Below are positions 57,570-64,000 of a stretch of DNA of 64,000 nt, one piece after another. The stretch's first letter is position 1. Each line of letters starts with the position of its first letter. Both the position numbers and the translations under genes were made by a program. Source of the stretch: Armatimonadota bacterium (lineage in GTDB: Bacteria; Armatimonadota; SYMT01); contig JAWLHY010000007.1 of assembly GCA_041690135.1 (NCBI GenBank), forward strand, positions 288,001 through 352,000, given 5' to 3'. Under the pieces are notes generated by a model, which did not search any database, had not been told where the DNA came from, and saw nothing but the letters and a program-made list of their open reading frames with translations.

Positions 57570-57823
57570 TTCTTCTGTCCTTCCCGCGCACTTCCGCCGA
57601 CCGGTACCCATGGAACGGTTGCGGCGGGTCCGAGGTTGCGCTTTCTGCGGACCATCCCCTCCAGTATACCCCGGTGCCAGGCGTGGATAGGGGTCTGGAC
57701 CGGCGGATGGTCGGCAGAAAGGCGGTTCGCCGGACGCCGTTTGCAGGAATAGAAGGGTGGCAGTGCCCAAAGGAGTAGGGCGGCCGGGCAGAAGCCGGGC
57801 GAGCCCAATCCGCACTGCCGCAT

Positions 57824-58843
57824 GTGATCTCCCCGAGCAGGCCCGAACCGGTGATGGACGACAGACCCCTCCCCCCGCTTCCCCGTCGTAAGAAGCGCCG
57901 CCGCGGCTGGCGCCACCAGATGCCCCGCTTCCTCCTGACCCTGGCGGCGGGTGGCCTCCTGGCGTTCTTCCTGGGGCAACTTCGGCCTGTGTTGACGGCC
58001 ACCGCGCAGTCCCGCCCCGCCAAGCTTCAATCCGCGGAAGTCCGCGGGGAAGAGAACCCTCCGTCTCGCGGGACGCCCGAGCGGATGCAGGCCCTCCAGA
58101 CCGAGCTGCGCCGCCGGGTGGCGGAAGCGCCGGCCCGCGCCGCGGCGGTGTACGTTCAGGACCTGCTCAGTGGTAACACGGCCTCCGCTAATCCCAACCG
58201 GGAGTTCCTGGCCGCCAGCCTCATCAAGCTGCCCGTGATGGCCGCCGTCTACGAGGTTTGGGAGAAGCAGCCCGAGAAGAAGACGCGAAACGCCCTCACC
58301 TGGATGGAGTGGATGATCACCGTCAGCGACAACGCCAGTACGGATCGCCTGATCACCATCGCGGGCGGAGCGGACGATGTGGTCGACTTCTGCGCCGAGC
58401 GGGGCTGGCCGAATTTCCGGGTAACCCACGGCATCTACGCACATCGCCAGCGGAAGGGACCCAACATCTGCACCGCCCGGGAGGTCACCGAATTCCTCGC
58501 CGCGCTGGACCAGCGGAAACTGGTGAGTCCGGCCGCCGATGAGGAGATGTGGCAGGTGATGTGCCGGTCGAAGAAGCTGTTGCGCATCCCGGCCGGCGTA
58601 CCGAAGCTGCCGGGGGTCCTGGTCGGGAACAAGTCGGGCACGCTTTCGAACGTGCTGCACGACTCGGCCATCGTGCACACGCCCAACGCCCGGTACGCGC
58701 TCACCGTTCTCATGTCGGGCCACCGGGGCGAATACCGCGGCAACCGCTTCTGCAAGGAGATCTCCCGGCTCGTGTTCGACACCCTCCACGGCCCAGCCGA
58801 GACCCCGGAACTCATCACCACCTCCGGAAAACGCAGTCGCTAA
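57824..58843 (+). CDS. Membrane-anchored serine hydrolase, class A beta-lactamase fold
   Basis: AASLIK (SxxK), SDN, NKSG motifs. Confidence 0.85.
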   Translation: MISPSRPEPVMDDRPLPPLPRRKKRRRGWRHQMPRFLLTLAAGGLLAFFLGQLRPVLTATAQSRPAKLQSAEVRGEENPPSRGTPERMQALQTELRRRVAEAPARAAAVYVQDLLSGNTASANPNREFLAASLIKLPVMAAVYEVWEKQPEKKTRNALTWMEWMITVSDNASTDRLITIAGGADDVVDFCAERGWPNFRVTHGIYAHRQRKGPNICTAREVTEFLAALDQRKLVSPAADEEMWQVMCRSKKLLRIPAGVPKLPGVLVGNKSGTLSNVLHDSAIVHTPNARYALTVLMSGHRGEYRGNRFCKEISRLVFDTLHGPAETPELITTSGKRSR

Positions 58844-58855
58844 CCAGCAACCCAC

Positions 58856-59974
58856 TCACCCCAATTCCAGGGCTAACTGGTCCGGCTCGAACGCGGGCCG
58901 CGCGGTGCCGGTGCGGAACCCGACCAATCCGTGCCGCTCCTTGAGGCGCTGGATCTCCGCCAGGATCCCGCGCGAGTAGTTCGTAAGCGCCTCGGTATGG
59001 TTTGCGGCATAGAGCCTGCGGTAGAAGGGGACCAGGTCCGGAAAACGCTCTTCGATGAAGGGGAAGAAGCGCTTGCGCGAGCAGTTCCGCAAGAACAACA
59101 CCTGGGCGGCCAGGTAACTCGCACCCGCCTCCCGGGCCGCTCCGATCAATGTGTCCAGGTCCTCCAGCCGGTCGTTGATACGCGGCAGCACCGGCATCAC
59201 GAACACGCCCACCGTAATTCCCCGGTCCGCCAGTTGACGAACTGCGGCGAGGCGCTTGTCCGGACGGGGCGCCCGGGGCTCGATCCGCCGGGATAACGTG
59301 TGGTGGGGCGTGGTGACCGTCACGTTGACATGCACCTCGTTGTGCTCGCTGATCCGCTCCAGCAGGTCGGCGTCCCGCGCCACGAGATCGCTCTTGGTGG
59401 TCACCGAAAGCTGGAGGCTGCGGCGGCCGGCCAGCACCTCCAGCACCGCGCGCGTGATCCCGTAGCGGCGCTCCGCAGGCTGGTACGGGTCGGTCGCGGT
59501 GCCGATGGCCAGCCATTTCCCCGCCAGGTCGCGACGGCGCAGGTCGTTCAGCAACACCTCGCGGGCTCCCGTCTTGACGAACACCTTCCGCTCGAAGTCG
59601 AGCCAGTGCTCCAGCTCCATGTATTCATGGGTGTACCGCGCGTAGCAGTACACGCAGCCGAACTCGCAGCCACGGTAGGGATTGAGGGTGTAGTCGAAGG
59701 GCACCCGCTGGCTGTCGCACGCCGCGATCACTGTGCGGCAGGGTAGGTCGCGGTACTCCACCTCATTCCGCTCGTCGATCTCCACGGCACCCGCGGCCAA
59801 CCGCGCGATCCCCTTCAGGTGGCTCCCCTCCGTCTCCGGGCAGAGCGCCGTGAGCGGGACGAACGCCTCGCTCCCAACTCCGGCCGTTCCTCCGGCTCGC
59901 GGAACCGCCTCCACCCGTTGTGAATCAAAGGAAGCAGGCGGAGGCGGGTCCTGAAACAGGCTGCGCTGGCGCAT
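58856..59974 (-). CDS. Radical SAM protein, SPL/Rv2578c-like
   Basis: NPYRGCEFGCVYCYAR, GTATDPYQPAE, TTKS, IEPRAP; AGGAGG RBS. Confidence 0.9.
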   Translation of the reverse strand: MRQRSLFQDPPPPASFDSQRVEAVPRAGGTAGVGSEAFVPLTALCPETEGSHLKGIARLAAGAVEIDERNEVEYRDLPCRTVIAACDSQRVPFDYTLNPYRGCEFGCVYCYARYTHEYMELEHWLDFERKVFVKTGAREVLLNDLRRRDLAGKWLAIGTATDPYQPAERRYGITRAVLEVLAGRRSLQLSVTTKSDLVARDADLLERISEHNEVHVNVTVTTPHHTLSRRIEPRAPRPDKRLAAVRQLADRGITVGVFVMPVLPRINDRLEDLDTLIGAAREAGASYLAAQVLFLRNCSRKRFFPFIEERFPDLVPFYRRLYAANHTEALTNYSRGILAEIQRLKERHGLVGFRTGTARPAFEPDQLALELG

Positions 59975-60010
59975 CAATTGGTCCTCCTGGGTTCTATTTC
60001 CACTTGAGGG

Positions 60011-60039
60011 GTTATACCAAACGGATTTTTGCGTGTCAA
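60011..60039 (-). promoter_or_regulatory. sigma70-type promoter of the radical SAM gene
   Basis: TTGACA-17 nt-TATAAC with TG extension. Confidence 0.7.
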
Positions 60040-60452
60040 CCAGCCAGCCAGGCGGCTTCATCCCGCCCAATCCAGTGGGGCACCGCGAACGCTAAACAGT
60101 ACCGGAGAAGACTCGACCCGTTTGAGATCTTCGCGACCTACCTTCTTCCGTTTCTTTCCGCGTTCTTCCGTGTGTTCCGCGGGCAAAATGGTTCCTCAAT
60201 TCCGCGGTTTTGTTTAGGGCCAGGATCGTTCGCATTGCTCCCTTCTGCCTGTCTTCCATTCAGGTCGCGACCTCACCCATTCCCATGAAAGAAGGGAGCA
60301 ACCGGAATTCCGGCCGCCCCCTTTCTCCCATTTTTCGCTTTTCCCGTTCAAAAGGGGGAACGGCAGCGCAATGGCCATGGTCGCTCCCATTCCCCCATTC
60401 TTCCCTTCCCCCATTCGCCCCGGTTTCCAGGGTCCGGGTGGATGGGCAAAGG

Positions 60453-63400
60453 CTACGGTCGCACGCGGATCTCATTCCCTACTGGGGACCGCACGTTCAG
60501 CAGCACTCCGCCGACCTGCACGGCCTGACCGTTGTCGACGTAGGTGAGCACGAGGCGGTCCTTGCGCACCCCGGGCTGGCCCAGGTCCGCGGCTTCCAGC
60601 CGGAATGGCACTTCCACGCCGGTGCGGATGCGGAGCGTTCCGAACAGTGAAGCGGTCTTGCCGTTCACTCGCATCGCCGTCAGCCGGGTCGCGGTGGCAG
60701 TGTAGCCCAGGTCCGGAATCCGTAGGGAGAACGAGCCGTAAGGTACCCGCTTGCCTCTTCGGAGGATGTTGACGACGTTCAGCCGGAACGTGGAGAAGAC
60801 CGGCAGACCGCCGTTCAACTCGCTGGCGTCCACCGTGCCGCTGCCGATCACCGTGCCCCGGTCGGTGGAACTGTCCGGGAAGGTGGTGGTGAGCGCAGCC
60901 GTGTGGCTGACGAGACCCAGCATGGCGCGGATCGTGGCGGCCTGTTGGCCGACGATCGGCAGCGTTTCGACCGGGAAAGTCGCCGTCGTCTGCCCGCCCG
61001 GCACCAGGACAGTGGCGGGCACGGAGACCACGTTGGGGCTCAGGCTCTCCAACTCGACCACGGTGCCGTGGGTCGGCGCGGGGCCGTTCAAAGTCACCGT
61101 GCCCTGGCCGGTGCTGCCGGCTTCCACCGTGGTGGGCGCAATGCTCACGCCCACCAGGGACACGGGGTACCCTTCGAACCGGGCCGCCCGCAGCGCCTGG
61201 GTGGTGAGGCCGGAGGTGGCTACCAGCGACACTCCGGGACCATCGACGAGCAGGTCGACCACGTAGAACGGACCGTCCACCGCGTTCTGACCGATCGTGA
61301 GGCCGTTGAAGTTGAACGTGAGGGTGTGGAGTCCGCTGGAGAAATAATCGTCTCCTGCCACAAAGCCCAGTTCGTGCCCGGTCCGGTCGATCAGGCGGCC
61401 GCTGTAGCTGTAGTAGCCGCTGAGCTGGAGGTCCAGTTCCAGCTCGGTTTCCAGCAGGTCGAAGAGCCCGTTGGCATTGGTGTCTACGCCTCGCGAGGCG
61501 CCGGCGCCCGTCAGGGCGATCGCGTCGTGCTGGAACACGCGGAAGTTGTATCCGGCGGTGTCGTAGGCGTTCTGCGCGTAGTCCACCGGCAGGACATCGG
61601 TGTCCGTCACCTCGGCCAGGGCAAGGCTGGCGAGGCGGTAGGGACCGCTCACCCGGCCGTCGTAGAGGTCCTCTCCCGAGAACTCCAGATCGAGGGTGGC
61701 CGCTCCGGGATTCAGCTCCGCTTCCACCGTCGCCTCATGCGAGTGGCCCTGGCCATCCTTCAGGATGCCGCGCAGCCGGTAGGTGGTGGTGTCGGTAACG
61801 TTCACCCCCACCCGGACTCGCAGCACGTTGAAGAGGAGGTCGGGGTCGCTGTCGTCCAGACCGCTGTCCTGATAGCTGCCGGAGAAGCTGGTGGCGCTGC
61901 GGCTCACCGTGGCCAGGGCATAGGCGGAGCGGCTGAAGGGGGCGCCGGCGCCGGTCAGGCCCGTCGCCGTGACCACGAGCGGGTAGTTGCCGGGCTGCAC
62001 GGTGGTATCGAAATCGCCGGAGTAGATGCCGTCGTTGGCCTGCCCGTCCCCATTGATTCCGTCGTCGTGCAGCGCCACCGGGATCGTCGTCTGATCCGGA
62101 AGCGTTACCTGCGCGCTCACGGTCGCTCCCGGGAGGGCGGCTCCGCCTTCGCTCAGCACAGCCCGGAGCTGCAGCGTCTCCCCCCGGCGGACGGAAAGAC
62201 GCTCGGCGCCGGCCGCAAGCGACAGAGTCGAGCCGCTGATCCAACCATTCACCGCGTAGTGGGTGGCGCCACTCGGGTCCGTTACCTGCGGCGCGCGGAC
62301 TTCCACGGTCCACAGGCCCACCTGCGGGGCTGCGAAGCGGAACACCTCGAACTTCGCGCCGGAAAGGTCGCCTTCCGATACGGAGATGTTCGGATTCCCG
62401 CCGATGTTGGTCCGGTCGAACCGCTGCCCCGAGGGAGAGACCAGCGTCAGGTCCAGGTTACCGGAGGGGTAGAGCACGGAGAAGTAGGCGGGGGCGCTGC
62501 GGTCCACGGGCAGGGTGTGGGTCCGCACCTGTCCCTGCTGGATCGCGCCGGTGGCGGTTGCCGTCTGGCCGAGGCCCGCCGCGGGTGCCAGCGCCTGCCG
62601 GCCGACGCGAATGCCGGAGCCGGACGGTGCCTGGCTGCCGGTGCTCCGGAGCCGGTCGAGCACCAGCGCGAACACCCGGGCGGAGTTGGTCTGGGCGATG
62701 TTTCCGCTTCCGGACGTCAGCACGGCGTGCCGGGCGTCCAGGTCGCTGCCGATGGTGGCCACGACCGGCTTCTCCGCGTAGGAGAGCGCGTGGGCGGAGC
62801 TCACGGGCACGATGCCGTCGTTGGCGAGTTGGCCGCTCTGGCCGGTGATCTCCGCGACGAAGGCGTCTTCCTTGAAGACCGGGCTCTGGTAGTTGCCCGC
62901 CAAGCTGACATAGGTCACATTGCGGTTGCGGCCGTGGAACTCGTTCCAGAGGTTCATGTAGGCCGTGGTCTGGTAAGCACCGCCGCGCCCGGCGAGCCCG
63001 CTAAGGGCCTGCCGGATATCCGGGGGAAGCTGCAGGGTGGCGCTCTGGATGGCGTCCGCCAGCGGCGTGCCGGCGTTGGCTGTTCCGATCTGGATCAGCC
63101 GGTCGATGTCGGCCGAGCCCTCCGCGAGCTTGCGGGCGTCAACCCCGCCGCGATCGTGACCGATCAGGGTGACCTGGTCCACACCCAGCCGCGCCCGCAG
63201 GTCATCGACACGGGTTCCGAGGGTCCGGGCGTTTTCCGTGTAGGAACGGGTGCTGGGCAGGTTGACGAGGAGCGGCTCCGGCAGGCCCGCCTGCTGGAGC
63301 GCCGTGCTCCAGTTGATACCGGAGGGGCTCTGCCAGATGGGAGGACCCCCGAACGAGCCGTGGACCAGCACCGTCGGTCGCGCGGCCTCGATGCTCAGGG

Positions 63401-63998
63401 CTGCCCAGTCGATCGCCATGCACCAGCTCTCACTGGCATTGGCCACATCGATGTCGATGCGGATCGTGTTGATCCCGGGGGTAGGGGCACCTCCGGGATT
63501 AGGCGTGGCGAAGTTGACCCACTCGATCGGTACTTGAAATCCGTTGAGCTTCCAGACGCTGTCGTCGCCCGTGAGGTACTCGGTGGGGACGATATGCCCG
63601 TTGAACGACACACGGTCGCGTTCCGGCTGCGTTCCGAAGCCGCCTCCGTAGAAGTCGATGTCGTACGCCGGCATCCGCAGGGTGGCGAACTGGCCGATGA
63701 GGCCGTTCTGCTTGAGACGAGCCACGTCTCCCACCACCCGCGTCACTTCGATGTTGAAATAGAGGGGCCCATCCGAGCGATAGGAACAGCCGGTATCGAG
63801 ACCCGGCGCCCGGTCCACCACGAAGGTGGTGTCCGTGCCCTTGGGTGGATCGAAGGGCGAGGAGCCGTAATGGCCGGCACTGTTAACGAAAAGCTGGCGG
63901 CCGCCGCACGGCTGGTGGCGGTCACCGATAGGTTTCGGGTCGGCGGCGCGTCCGGGCCGGCCGGCCAGGGAGAGCAGCACGAGCGTTCCGGTGACCAG
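60453..63998 (-). CDS. Large exported multidomain protein: lipase-like alpha/beta hydrolase, choice-of-anchor-X-like and Ig-like domains; 5' end outside the window
   Basis: VLVHG, LIGHDRGG, GTANAGTPLAD, NDGIVP; LHDDGINGDGQANDGIYSG; frame open to the window end. Confidence 0.85.
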   Translation of the reverse strand: MVTGTLVLLSLAGRPGRAADPKPIGDRHQPCGGRQLFVNSAGHYGSSPFDPPKGTDTTFVVDRAPGLDTGCSYRSDGPLYFNIEVTRVVGDVARLKQNGLIGQFATLRMPAYDIDFYGGGFGTQPERDRVSFNGHIVPTEYLTGDDSVWKLNGFQVPIEWVNFATPNPGGAPTPGINTIRIDIDVANASESWCMAIDWAALSIEAARPTVLVHGSFGGPPIWQSPSGINWSTALQQAGLPEPLLVNLPSTRSYTENARTLGTRVDDLRARLGVDQVTLIGHDRGGVDARKLAEGSADIDRLIQIGTANAGTPLADAIQSATLQLPPDIRQALSGLAGRGGAYQTTAYMNLWNEFHGRNRNVTYVSLAGNYQSPVFKEDAFVAEITGQSGQLANDGIVPVSSAHALSYAEKPVVATIGSDLDARHAVLTSGSGNIAQTNSARVFALVLDRLRSTGSQAPSGSGIRVGRQALAPAAGLGQTATATGAIQQGQVRTHTLPVDRSAPAYFSVLYPSGNLDLTLVSPSGQRFDRTNIGGNPNISVSEGDLSGAKFEVFRFAAPQVGLWTVEVRAPQVTDPSGATHYAVNGWISGSTLSLAAGAERLSVRRGETLQLRAVLSEGGAALPGATVSAQVTLPDQTTIPVALHDDGINGDGQANDGIYSGDFDTTVQPGNYPLVVTATGLTGAGAPFSRSAYALATVSRSATSFSGSYQDSGLDDSDPDLLFNVLRVRVGVNVTDTTTYRLRGILKDGQGHSHEATVEAELNPGAATLDLEFSGEDLYDGRVSGPYRLASLALAEVTDTDVLPVDYAQNAYDTAGYNFRVFQHDAIALTGAGASRGVDTNANGLFDLLETELELDLQLSGYYSYSGRLIDRTGHELGFVAGDDYFSSGLHTLTFNFNGLTIGQNAVDGPFYVVDLLVDGPGVSLVATSGLTTQALRAARFEGYPVSLVGVSIAPTTVEAGSTGQGTVTLNGPAPTHGTVVELESLSPNVVSVPATVLVPGGQTTATFPVETLPIVGQQAATIRAMLGLVSHTAALTTTFPDSSTDRGTVIGSGTVDASELNGGLPVFSTFRLNVVNILRRGKRVPYGSFSLRIPDLGYTATATRLTAMRVNGKTASLFGTLRIRTGVEVPFRLEAADLGQPGVRKDRLVLTYVDNGQAVQVGGVLLNVRSPVGNEIRVRP

Positions 63999-64000
63999 GC

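Noticed and set aside
57824-58843. Functional class A beta-lactamase resistance gene
   Set aside because: No recognisable E166-type omega-loop glutamate and the protein is membrane-anchored; more likely a PBP-like hydrolase.
1-64000. CRISPR array or cas genes
   Set aside because: No 25-45-bp repeats with regular unique spacers; the tandem arrays have 7-10-nt units and no spacers.
1-64000. Many long overlapping ORFs (e.g. 3024-4901+, 24816-26567+, 29510-31492+, 35932-38100+)
   Set aside because: They are antisense or alternate-frame shadows of recognisable genes, expected at high GC, and carry no motifs.

Overview
GC-rich bacterial chromosomal window. kdsC suggests a diderm, and the DUF1501/PSD1 genes plus many Tat/Sec-secreted proteins fit Armatimonadota or PVC; this taxonomy is inference only. 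All product calls come from motifs I recognised by eye, with no database search. Ordinary content: two convergent DUF1501 genes with a PSCyt/PSD1 protein, a Gfo/Idh/MocA oxidoreductase, a hybrid kinase, a sulfatase, kdsC, lepB, a TIGR02587/02588 pair, an Fe3+-type ABC permease, a DUF512 radical-SAM-like protein, nth, a Crp-family regulator, an APH-like kinase, an esterase, a VanX-like peptidase, a beta-lactamase-fold protein and an SPL-like radical SAM. The best candidate for an undescribed system is on the minus strand at 16162-14734. It reads: sigma70 promoter, 51-codon leader ORF rich in rare codons (3x ATA, AGG-AGG-AGG), antiterminator/terminator switch, intact tRNA-Ile with the rare UAU anticodon, partial tRNA-Asn(GUU)-like RNA, a further structured RNA, then an SPFH/slipin gene. 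This looks like an attenuator that senses AUA decoding and supplies a lysidine-independent tRNA. Other notable items: a ~2036-codon signal-peptide RHS toxin gene broken by one frameshift and one amber codon, followed by a DUF4375 gene; a 47-56.6 kb glycan-related locus with a shared upstream motif and an SBP-TM-regulator frame split by a single TAA; a ~290-nt unexplained structured RNA candidate before the Crp gene; a 27-aa small membrane protein; a lipase-like domain with Asp in place of the nucleophilic Ser; GTAG REP-like elements; and many 7-9-nt tandem repeats, both in-frame in genes and as intergenic inverted pairs.
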